The translations under genes and the position numbers were made by a program. 64,000 nt of DNA from Malacoraja senta (Eukaryota): NCBI GenBank assembly GCA_038087875.1, contig CM075990.1, forward strand, positions 372,001 to 436,000, written 5' to 3'. Below, one piece after another: positions 13,470-23,875 of this stretch; position 1 is the first letter of the stretch, and each line of letters opens with the position of its first letter. The notes beneath the pieces are model-generated. The model searched no databases. It was not told the DNA's origin and was given only the letters and a program-made list of their open reading frames with translations.

Positions 13470-13950
13470 CTGGTGCCTCACAGCACTAGTGACCCAGGTT
13501 TGATCCTGACCTCTGTTGCGGTCAGTGTGAAGTTTATACATTTTACCCTGTGACCATATGGGATTTCCCCAGGGGCTGCGGTTTCCTCCCACATCCTAAA
13601 GATGTTTGAGTTGGCAGGTTAATTGGACATTATAGATTGTTGGCGAGTATTAGAATATGGGAGGAGTTAAGGGCCTGCCCCACTTGGGCGTCATTTGCGC
13701 GTCATTTACGCGACATCATTTACGCATCATGATGCACAGCGTGCGCGTCGTGATGCGTGCATGGCTGCGCGGCGCCCCAGGATTTTGAGTCTCACAAAAT
13801 CTTCGCACGCCACCTGCGTGAAGCGCAAATGACGCCCAAGTGGAACAGGCCCTTTAGTTGTCATGTGAGGGGGTTATAAAACTGAGTTCGCATAGAATTA
13901 GGATGAAATGGGTGCCTGAAGGGCCTGTTGCAGTACCGTATCTATCTAGG
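13470..13950 (+). mobile_element. Old V-SINE body split by a MITE
   Basis: Diverged V core and GAAGGGCCTGTT tail on either side of 13670-13853. Confidence 0.65.
13670..13853. mobile_element. PIF/Harbinger-type MITE (184 bp)
   Basis: About 31-bp TIRs AGGGCCTGCCCCACTTGGGCGTCATTTGCGC / GCGCAAATGACGCCCAAGTGGAACAGGCCCT; TTA TSD at 13667-13669 and 13854-13856. Confidence 0.9.
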
Positions 13951-14233
13951 ATTCTGTGTAGGATTAATCTGACACAGCTGAATAGCTCAAGATGAGTGGG
14001 AGTAGCAGAGCAGTGTAAATGCTGAGGTGTGATTTGCTGCAGACTTCCACCAGGTACATGAGAACGAGGCATAGAAACAGGAAGATTAATCAGGACAGTG
14101 AAATTAGTCAGAGAACAAGGACGGGGGAGGAACGGAGAGAGAGGGAAAGCAAGGGTATTCATACTGTTGGCTTGTGAGCTGTGCAAGCAAAATATGAGGT
14201 GCTGTTCCTCCACTTTGCGTTTGGCCTCACTCT

Positions 14234-14378
14234 TCTTCTTCTTCTTCTGGCGCATGACGTGCACAGCCTAAAGTTGTAGGACAACTTGTTCTATTTGATC
14301 TTATTTGATTGTGCACACCGGGTTGGTTGCATTCGTCGAAACAGGGTGGACCACATGAAGGTTGCAATCTCCCACCCC
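14234..14378 (-). mobile_element. 145-nt non-autonomous retroposon with 5' HDV-like ribozyme and (GAA)n tail
   Basis: 11-bp TSD GGCCTCACTCT (14223-14233, 14379-14389); (TCT)n at the left end; no coding capacity or tRNA head. Confidence 0.85.
14325..14378 (-). ncRNA. Predicted minimal HDV-like self-cleaving ribozyme
   Basis: Manual fold: P1 GGGGUGG/CCACCCU (G1-U wobble), P2 UUGCA/UGCAA, P3 ACC/GGU, L3 UUCAUGU, vestigial P4, J4/2 CGAA. Confidence 0.75.
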
Positions 14379-14739
14379 GGCCTCACTCTGATAATGGAGG
14401 AGGCCCAGAACAGGAAGGTCAGTGTGGGAATAGGAAGGGGAGTTAAAGTGTTCACAACCGGGAGATCGCATAGGCCCAGGCAGACTGAGCGGATGTGTTC
14501 AGTGAAACGTTCGCCCAGTATGCGCTTGATCTCGCTGATACATAGAGTCCACACCTGTAACAGCAGATACAGTACATGAGGTTGGAGGAGCTGCACGTGA
14601 ACCTCTATCTCATCTAAAAATAATGTCCTTGGACAGAGTCGAGGGAGGAGCTACAGGGACAGGTATTGCATCTCCTGTGGTTGCAGGGGAAAATATTTCA
14701 AATACTTCAAAAGGTTACTGGACTAGGTCTTTGTGACAA

Positions 14740-15330
14740 TATAGCACTGGAACAGACCCTTCAGCCCACCATGTCCGTGCCAACTATAAAGCCATTTAAA
14801 CTCATCCCATCTGCAGATGATCCATATCCTCTTCCCTTCCTGTTCATACATCTATCCAAATGTCATGAATGTTCCTATTCTATCTGTTTCTTCCACCTCC
14901 TTTGGCAGCCTATTCCAGGTACTACTCTCTGTGAATAATAATTGCTTCGTAAATCTTCTTTAAACTTTCCCATTCTCACCAAAATCCTTTGGTATTTGCC
15001 ATTTTTACCCAAGGAGAAATATTCAAATTGTCTATCTATTCAATGCCTCCCTTAATGTTATGTACCTCTATAAAGTCATCCCTCAGCCTCCGACACTCCA
15101 GAGAAAGCAATCCTAGTTTGTCCAACCTCTCAATATAGCAACCTCTCCGTATTAGTGATAATACTGCCTAATCCAGGCAACAGATTGGTGAACCTCTTCT
15201 GCATCCTCCCCAAAGTGTCAAAATCATTCATATGATGTGGCAACCAAAGATGTCCTATCATTTGACATCCCAAACCGCAACACCTCACACATGTCCAGTT
15301 TAAACTCCAATGGCCATTTCTCTGCCCAGA
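14740..15330 (-). mobile_element. Old CR1 fragments
   Basis: ORF 15224-15454 WAEKWPLEFKLDMCEVLRFG matches the CR1 RT C-terminal region. Confidence 0.65.
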
Positions 15331-15429
15331 TGTTCAGTTTAGTTTTGAGTTGGGAAGAGGATTCAAAAATCAGAGATGCAAAGGAACTTGGGAGTGCTGG
15401 TGCAGCATTCCCAAATAGTTCATTTCCAA

Positions 15430-16085
15430 GTTGAATCGATAGTAAGGAAGACAAATGTAATGTTAGTATTCATTTCGAGAGGACTAGAATTAAAATCATG
15501 GATGTAATGCTGAGGCTTCATAAGGCAATAGTCAGACCGCATTTAAAGTATTGTGAGTGGTTTTGGGCCCCATATCTGAGGAGGGATGTGCTGGCTTTGG
15601 AGAGGATCCAGAGGAGGTTTGATCCCGGGGATGATGTGGTTAACATATGATGAGCGTTTGATGGCTATGGGCCTATGCTCACTGGTGTATAAAAGGATGA
15701 GGGGAGACCTCATTGAAACTGAATAATGGAAGGTCTGGATAGAGTGGATCTGGAGAGCATTTTCCACTGGTGGAGGGCCTAGGACCAGAGGGCACAGTTT
15801 CAGATTTAAAGGACATTAGAAAGGAGATGAGGAGGAATTTATACAGCCCGAGGGTGGTGAATCTGTGAAATTCATTGTTACAGACGGCTGTGGAGGCCAA
15901 GTATTGGGTATTTTTAAAGCAGAGATTACTAAGTTCTTGATTAGTACGGGTGTCTGGGGTTATGGGGAGAAGGCAGGAGAATGGGGTTGAGAGGGAAAGA
16001 TAGATCAGCCATGATTGAAATGGCGGAGTAGACGCGATGGGCTGGATGGCCTAATTCTGCTCCCATGATATATGAACATGAACAT
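15430..16085 (+). mobile_element. CR1 3' fragment
   Basis: Degenerate homolog of 46020-46690 ending in an (ATGAAC)n tail. Confidence 0.8.
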
Positions 16086-16687
16086 ATTGTTATAAAATGT
16101 AATAAAAATGAACCGCAGATGCTGATTTATACCCAAGATAGACACAAAATACTGTAGTGACTCAGGAGGTCTGGGAGCAATATTGTTCCTTTGTTCAAGA
16201 AGGGAAGTAGAGAGAATGCAGAGAATTATAAGGTGGTGAGCCTCACGTCAGTGGTAGGAAACCTATTTGAGAGGATGTGGAAACATCAACTGCAGCTGCT
16301 GGTTTACCAAAAAAGGACACAAAGTGCTGGAGTAATTCAGTGGGTCAGGCAGCATCTCTGGAGAACATAGTCTGATAACAATGATGGAGTTGAAGAAGGA
16401 GGCATAGGGATGGGTGTTATATCTCCAGTGGTTGCAGGGGAAAAAAACTCAAGTCGCACATAGAAGGTCCGCTCGGAACCCTTGATGGAGGTGAGGGAGG
16501 AGGTATCACTGGTACATCTCCTGCAGCTGGTACATCTCCTCCAACATCTTTCAATGGCTGTCATATGTCTGATGTGGATTTTAACTTTAAACAGCCGCTC
16601 TCAGCCACTTCATACTTACACTTACAATTCGCCTTCCCCATAATTTGGCAATTCCACCTGAGGACCAGTCCCATCAGACCACCAGGG

Positions 16688-17431
16688 AGATGGCAGCCCT
16701 GCTGGCAGTCTGTTCGTTTTTTCATCTTTTTGTTATTTTTGGCGTTTGTTAAAAGTTTGTTTTAATGTACTTCGGTTTGTTTTATGTGGGGGGAGGGGGG
16801 AGGGGATCGGGGATCGGGGGAAACTTTTTTTCAAGTTCCTACCTTCTCGGAGATGTGATCAATTTTTCGGATCACATTCTCCAGGCTCTGCGGCCTACCA
16901 TCGCTGGAGCTGGAAGCCTCCTCGGACTGTCGTGAGCCCCACCGCGAGGAGCAGACTTAACATCGGAGCGGATCCCTTGCCTGGGATCGCTCCCACCGTG
17001 GCCTGCGGACTTAACATCTCGGGCTCGCAGTCTCGGGAGAAGCTAGTCGGGAGCTCAACGCTGCAGAAGGTTCGACCAGCCCTGATGCAAGGTTCGATCG
17101 CCCGGCGCAGGGGAGCTGACAACCGCCCGATGCAGGAGTTGAATGCTCAACGCAGAGGGCCCAAACGCCGCCGGCTATGGGAGTCAAAACCATCCTGTCA
17201 ACGGAGGGCTTGAGGCCCCCGACCGAGGAAGAACAAAAGGAAGGACTTGAAGTTTATTTCGCCTTCCATCACAGTGAGGAATGTGTAGGAGTCACTGTGG
17301 TGGATGTTCATGTTACAATGTGTTTTTGAGTCTGTTGCTTTTAATTGTATGACTGACCTGGCCAGTGAAATTCCTCATATGTTGCAAAACATACTTGCCG
17401 AATAAAATCTGATTCTGATTCTGATTCTGAT
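16688..17431 (+). mobile_element. Non-coding LINE-derived element (probably Rex1-related) with GC-rich body and (TCTGAT)n tail
   Basis: AAATTCCT...ATACTTG..AATAAA 3' end resembles the Rex1 tail at 7575-7607; no RT ORF. Confidence 0.55.
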
Positions 17432-17769
17432 CATTATTCATACCTAGGTTGAAGCTTACAGAATTATAATCACTGTTTCCAAAATGCTATCCCACTGAAT
17501 CGTGATTCCCCTTCTCTGCATTTACCAGATCCACTCCCCTCATGATTTTATACACCTCTATAAGATCACTCCTCAACTTCCTGCTCTGTCAGGAATAAAT
17601 TCCTCGCCTTGCTCAAGCAGAAAAGGTTCAAGCTACTCACTCGCCAGGCTTTGTCCTTCCTGCACTTCCATTCCCCCACCCCATCACAATTAGGCTGAAG
17701 AAAGGTCCCAATCCGAAACATCACCTATGTATGTTCTCTTGAGATGGTGCCTGTACCGTTCAATGTTCC

Positions 17770-17940
17770 AAGCTCATAAATTTGTGTGATAGGAGCAGAA
17801 TGAGGCCATTCAGCCCATCAAGTCTATTCTGCCATTCAATTATGGCTGATCTATCCCTCCCTCCTAACCCCATTCTCTAATCAAGAACCTCTGTCTTACA
17901 AATATTCATTGACTTGGCCTCCACACCCTTCTGTGGCCTT
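17770..17940 (-). mobile_element. CR1 3' tail
   Basis: Reverse complement of the 13300-13460 tail. Confidence 0.65.
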
Positions 17941-18514
17941 CTGTGTTTTTATGAATGAGAGGTAATCACATTGAAATATGTAAAATTACTTTGGGCCTGA
18001 CAGGCTAGATATAGGGTGATGTTTCTCTGACTGGTGTACTGAGAGCTGGAGAATACAATACCCTGTGTCTGGGATGAGACTGTTAAATCATGGTTAAATT
18101 CTTTGTTAATTATGGCCCCTGGCACTCTTTGCTTATTCTAATCATGCACTCTGTCATCAACTGCATTATCAGTTCCTTCATTTCACGGCATGTGCAATGT
18201 TTTCCTCCCCATCTCTAATCTGCTTGCTTTGTTATATGTTCGATTGTGATGAGATGGTAATGAGACAAGGACCCGTTGTGCATTTGTTTCGGAATGAACT
18301 GCAGGTGCTGGTTTAAATCGAAGATAGACACAAAATGCTGAAGTCTGATGAGGGGTCTCAACCCAAAATGTCAACCATTCCTTCTCTCCAGTCCCTGCCT
18401 GTCCCACTGAGTTACTCCAGGCATTTTGGGTCTATTCCGTTGTGCATGAATTCAGTTTCCTACATTGTGGTGCAAGAAATAGAATTCATCAATGCTCAAA
18501 GATGATATGAGTTA

Positions 18515-19729
18515 CTAGACTAAGTGGGACCCGTTGGGTCCCAGCATCACACGGGAGGGCTGGTCCCCAACCCAATATTCCACCTCTTCACCAATTCTGG
18601 AGCACTACTATGGTGTTGTGGGCTGAAGGGACTGGTTTCCAAAGGGCTAGTATGGACATTGTGGGCCAAATGGATTATTGGGCTAGCGGCTCAGTCACTC
18701 AGGCCTGTTGAGCTGGCAGCTCACTCACTCACTCACGGCTGGTGGGCTGGCAGTTGACTCACGGTTATTCCTTGAAATTCCTTTTCAAGCAGGGTGCCCG
18801 GCCACCAAATTCATGCAGTTTCATACCATTTCAAGCAGGGTGCAAGGTCACTAAAGACAGCGAGTCATGACCTCTCCCTCCTCCACCTTGCAGAGACTGA
18901 GCCATGCCCACACTTCTGGGTTTTATAGTCTTCCCCTCCCACCAGAAGGGGCCTTCATGGCGTGATTGACAGGAGAGAGAATCTCAAAAAAATTTAAACA
19001 CTAATAACTCTTTTATTTTTAATTGATGAGAAAAATCCTCGGCACCTGATGAGCGGAGGCGGTCTCTGAGTATGATGGCCAAAAATCGCAGCTGTACTTG
19101 GTAGCGTTTTTTCTAAAATCAATTTAAAGCTCAAGGCAACTTTAATAAGGCAAGGCAACTAATTTAGGCAAGGGAACTTTAATTAGGCAAGGCAACTTTA
19201 ATTTGGCAACACAGCTTTAGCATTTCCAAACCAAAGGCAACACAGCTTTAGCATTTCCATACAAAAGGCAACACAGCTTTAGTATTTCCAAACCAAAGGC
19301 AACACAGCTTGAGCATTTCCAAACCAAAGGCAACACAGCTTTAGCATTTCCAAACTATATTTTCAAACCACATTAAGGTCAGTAAAACCACTCACAGTTT
19401 AGTAGACATGTGTTCAGTGTTATTCACAGCTCAGACTGAGAGACATGACCCTCTCGCTCCCCCATCTTTCAGAGACTGAGGCAGTCAACACTTCTGGGTT
19501 TCATAGTCCCTCCAGAAGGGGCGTGGTCTTCAGGAGAGAGAATCTCAACATTTTTTAAACACTAATAACTCTTTTATTTTTCATCGATGGGAAAAATCCT
19601 CTTGTCCTGCGCAGCTGAGGGGAACTCTGAGTAAGATGGCCAAAAATCACAGCCGTTAGTGGCAGCATTTTTTCTAAAATCAATATACAGAACAGGAAGT
19701 GGTCAAGATCAGACTTTTAGTAATATAGA
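18515..19729 (-). mobile_element. Non-autonomous Helitron (1215 bp)
   Basis: On the - strand: A|TCTATATTACTAAAAG ... hairpin GGGACCC-AAC-GGGTCCC, then ACTTAGTCTAG|T; inserted between A and T with no TSD. Confidence 0.9.
19206..19355. repeat. 31-bp minisatellite inside the Helitron (about 5 copies)
   Basis: Unit GGCAACACAGCTTTAGCATTTCCAAACCAAA. Confidence 0.9.
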
Positions 19730-19823
19730 TTTGTGTTCAATCAGCACAATTTATACTTTTAACTTGAAAGGAATAGTCAATTCATTGGAATTCATAGATA
19801 TAGACAGGGTTAGTGGGCAGGTG

Positions 19824-20243
19824 CTATAGACCTGCACGGGAAGGTAATGCTCCCGACCGCATAAGTCTCGGGCAGATGGGGCTCGTCAGCCTGGGAAGAC
19901 AGTCCATCGAGGAGAGGGAAAACTCTGATTTAAAACCACCACTGCCTTGTGGCCATATCCAGTCATGGAAAAGGCTCCAGGAGTAAACCTCAAGAAAATC
20001 CGGAGTCGGGGCCCCTAAAGCAGTTCGTCGTTGTCTACAACCTCGCTCTGGCAGCTCCTGCGACGGCGCTGGTGCCAAACTGTAATGGCCCTGCTGTTCC
20101 TTTGGATCAATCAGCGACCAGCAGAGGGGGGGGGGGGGGGAGACGTGCTGCATGGGCAACAGTCTGTCCTCCATATGACTTTGCCCAGGCTTGCATACGA
20201 CCAGGATGCATCACCCATGGTCAGTCATGACCGAGGGGGGCCT
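19824..20243 (+). mobile_element. Probable RTE-clade 5'UTR-derived short element
   Basis: Motif GGCTCGTCAGCCTGGGAAG..AGTCCATC.AGGAGAGGGAAAACTCTGATTTAAAACC resembles RTE/Expander 5' UTRs; no ORF. Confidence 0.45.
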
Positions 20244-20523
20244 AGAAATGACGGGGTTACCTCTGTTATTTTCCATCAGAGATAGCAAAACAGAGCATGA
20301 ACATTTGGCCGTGAAATCTTTCCTTAAATAATTAGTTCTTTAAAGCTGGTTAACATGACAGTAAGGGTTGGTGAAGTCCTCGGGTTTGTAAGAAAGTCTC
20401 CTGTAAATCCAATGCTGGCGATTCAACGTCTACTCTGTCCAGGGATCCAAGGCAAAGGAACAGATGAAGCCAGTCAACTCCAAGGTTAATGGCTGGACAA
20501 GATTCTTGCTGTCCTCCAAGACC

Positions 20524-20830
20524 GGCACAGTGGCGCAGCGGTAGAGTTGCTGCCTTACAGCGCCTGCAGCGCCAGTGACCCAGGTTCGATCCTGACTATG
20601 GGTGCTGTCTGTACGGAGTTTGTACGTTCTCCCCGTGACCTGTGTGGATTTTGACCGAGATCTTCGATTTCCTCCTACACTCCAAAGACGTACAGGTTTG
20701 TAGGTTAATTGGCTTGGTTTGAATGTAAATTATCCCTAGTGTGTGTTAATGTGCGGGGATCGTTGGGCGGCACAGGCTCAGTGGGCCGAAGGGCCTGTTT
20801 CCGCTCTGTATCTCTAAACTAAACTAAACT
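20524..20830 (+). mobile_element. V-SINE
   Basis: Full head, core and (CTAAA)n tail. Confidence 0.9.
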
Positions 20831-21039
20831 GTGATAGAGGGCAGGAAGGTCTAGGATGGCTTTTCTGTCATGCTGACCGGCATATCCCCAATATGTTTGT
20901 CAAGAAGGATGTTGTTGTGACCCACACTCTTCCTTAAGGCGATGGTTCACAAAGCTCTCCCTGTGGACCTGTTCGAAGTAGCCTGACCACGTCTATTCCT
21001 GTTCCAAGGTGCAAACTCTGGATCAGAAGAAAATCTTGG

Positions 21040-21825
21040 AAGACAAAGGAGATAATGATCCACTTCAGGAAGCAAAGAACACGTACCCCAGTTTGCACTG
21101 AAGGCACCGAAGTAGCGATGGTTGAAAACTTCAAATTCTTAGGAGTCAATTTCACCAACAACTTCTCCTGGACCCCCATATTGAAGAAACGACCAAGAAA
21201 ACACACCAACGACTCTACTTCCTTGGAAGGCTTTGGAAGTTTGGCATGTCCCTAACAACTCTCACCAACTTCTACAGATGCACCATAGAAAACAGTTTTT
21301 CAGGATGCATCACAGCTTAGTTTGGGAAAAGCTCCATCCAAGACCGCAAGAAATTGCAGCAAATTGTGGACGCAGCCCAGACCATCACACAAACCAACCT
21401 CCCTTCCATTGACTCCATTTATACCTCACGCAAGGCCAGCAGCATAATCAAGGACGAGTCGCACCCTGGCCAATCCCTCTTCTCCCCTTTCCCATCAAGC
21501 AAAAGGTATAGAAGTGTGAAAACATACACCTCCGGATTCAGGGACAGTTTCTTCCCAGCTGTTATCAGGCAACTGAATCATCCTACCACAACCAGAGAGC
21601 AGTGCTGAACTATATACCTCTTTGATGATCCTCAGACTATCCTTGATCAGACTTTGCTGGTTTTACCTTGCTCTAAACGTTATTCCCTTATCATGTATTT
21701 ATACACTATAAGTGACAATTGTAATCATGTATTGTCTTTCTGCTGACTGGATAGCATGCAGCAAGGGTTTTTCTCTGTACCTCGGTACATGTGACAATAA
21801 GCAAACCTGAAACTGAAACTGAAAA
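21040..21825 (+). mobile_element. Rex1-type LINE 3' fragment
   Basis: ORFs 21055-21255 (VENFKFLGV) and 21354-21608 (RDSFFPAVIRQLN); (CTGAAA)n tail. Confidence 0.85.
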
Positions 21826-22048
21826 TTTCTGAGTCAAAGAACATGGCTTGCCTGCTCTTCACCACTCAGAGTTCCTCTCTCACATCCACCCCTTTCGACT
21901 TGAGAAGGAGGAGTTTGAGTTCCGGTAACGTCACCATCCTGAATGGCAGCAAAAGATAACAGCTCCTCTGAAAAATACTTATTTAGCCCTGTTAGTTTGT
22001 CAAATATAACATTTATTGAGAATAACTGACCTGATGAAAGGGGCAAGA

Positions 22049-23042
22049 ATGGGAAGATGAGATGCAAACAAGAAAAGCGCCGCTGAACAACCCGAAAACA
22101 AAGAAAACACGACGGCTCACCTACAAAGGTACAAGATGGCGGAGCTAGCAACAACCTGCACCAGAAAGACGTAGGGCTACGTTTAGCCACTGGTTTGGAG
22201 GAGATACGGGACTTTTGCAAAGACACAAAAGAACAGCTAATCGATATTAAGGGCGAACTCACCAATGTTAATCGAAAAATAGCGGTGGCGGAGACACGGC
22301 TGGAAAGGGTGGAAGACCGTATGTTAAACATGGAGTAGGTGCTAGCTAAGATTATAAAAGTGATAAATCAGCAAGAAAACAAGCTACACGACCTAGAAGG
22401 GCGATCCAGACGGGAGAATATAATGTTCCAGAAGGAGCTGAGGGGTCATCTATGGTGGACTTTGTGGATAAGCTATTGCGGGACACGCTTGAACTTCCAC
22501 CCACCATGGAGTTTCACATTGAGAGAGCGCATCGATCGCTCGCCCCGAAACCCCCTGGAGACCCAGGAGATAAACCACAATCCATAATAATCAGTTTTCT
22601 CCGCTACAAAACGAAAGAGAAGATTTTGTGCAAGGCCTGGGGAAAGAAACAAGTGTTTTTGAACGGGAGACTAATATACTTCGATCAAGACTACGCTCCA
22701 GCAGTGCTACAGAAGCGAAAAGAATATTCTGAGGCAAAACGGGTGTTAAAGCAGAACAAGATCCGCTTTCAGATTCCGTTCCCCGCCAAGTTACAAGTAT
22801 TTTACAATGACGTGACACGACTGTACCAGACGGTGGATGAGGCGACCACTGACATGAGGAACAGAGGACTGCCCGTCAGAGTGACCACATCGAAAGAGAG
22901 CCTGGCTGAGCAACTGTCCCGCACTGCATGGGAGATGGTGGGAAGATCAAGACCGCAGGGGATGGGTGAGGAGCGAGAGAAGGACATCGTGGAGAGACTA
23001 CGGGTCTTCAGAAGACAGCCCTCATCTTCAGAAGAGTTTTAA
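22049..23042 (+). pseudogene. L1 ORF1 (coiled coil, RRM, CTD), disrupted
   Basis: LEGRSRRENI, IERAHRS and YFDQDY motifs in ORFs 22339-22587 and 22452-23042; start approximate. Confidence 0.85.
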
Positions 23043-23431
23043 GTTATGGATAACTTTAAAAATATAGGTGAGCTGAACAGAACTTAAAAGTCGACGGTCC
23101 ATTATTTCATTTGTTATGTTCAACTGTTTTCCCCTATTTAAATGAAGATAAATACCAGGGAGGAATGCACAGGGAAGTGTGTTCTGCATTATGGACGGAG
23201 TTTTTTTTCTTTTTGGATGCTGCAGTGGGGGCCCTCAGCTCACAGATGAGAGAGGCTCTCCCCCACAACTAGGCTTTTCCTCAAGCCAAGCCCAGGGTCA
23301 TCCACAGGAGACCCCTACCTTGGAATCACGCATTTGTTTTTTCATATGTTCTTTTGATCTTGTCTGTTCAGGGAGTAGATCTGTTATGTCTTATTTCACC
23401 ATGTAACTGATACACAGAAAGTTAAATACAA

Positions 23432-23548
23432 ATGGCTAATGGCAAGGTAAAATTCATCTCTTTTAATGTGAATGGACTGTTAAACCCATTCAAACGCAGC
23501 AAAATTCTAACTAAAATAAGGAAAGAACAAGCCCATATAGTATACTTA
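23432..23548 (+). pseudogene. L1 ORF2 N-terminus (APE endonuclease)
   Basis: MANGKVKFISFNVNGL...AHIVYL. Confidence 0.9.
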
Positions 23549-23589
23549 TGCTTGTCTGAAGAAGGGTTTCGGCCCGAAACGTTACCTAT

Positions 23590-23794
23590 TGTAAAGAGGC
23601 GTCATAACACACTGTGTCATTACTACTGTTTATTCATGATACACATACTTTACTGCCCTAGCTGTTCGTGGTCTGTCACCGGAACCAGAGAGAGCGAGCA
23701 CTGGGTGGGAAGGTTGTAATTATACTAGTGATGTGGGGAGTGGTTAGTAGTGGTGAGGTCACTGTGTTAAAGGTACATGCACATGTCATCTACA
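23590..23794 (-). repeat. 3' LTR of the Gypsy element
   Basis: Direct repeat of 28016-28220 with 2 mismatches by manual comparison. Confidence 0.95.
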
Positions 23795-23875
23795 TCCTTC
23801 CCCTTGGAAATAAAAAGCAATACAGTAGTGACAAGGCGACCACGTCTCATACGCTACGAGCAGGTGAGCAAACAG

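Larger units (their letters stand above)
14070..14695 (-). mobile_element. Degenerate Penelope-like element (GIY-YIG region), interrupted by 14234-14378
   Basis: ORF 14291-14596 CISEIKRILGERFTEHIRSV aligns to YIGETKRRLGDRFAEHLRSV at 53146-53472. Confidence 0.8.
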
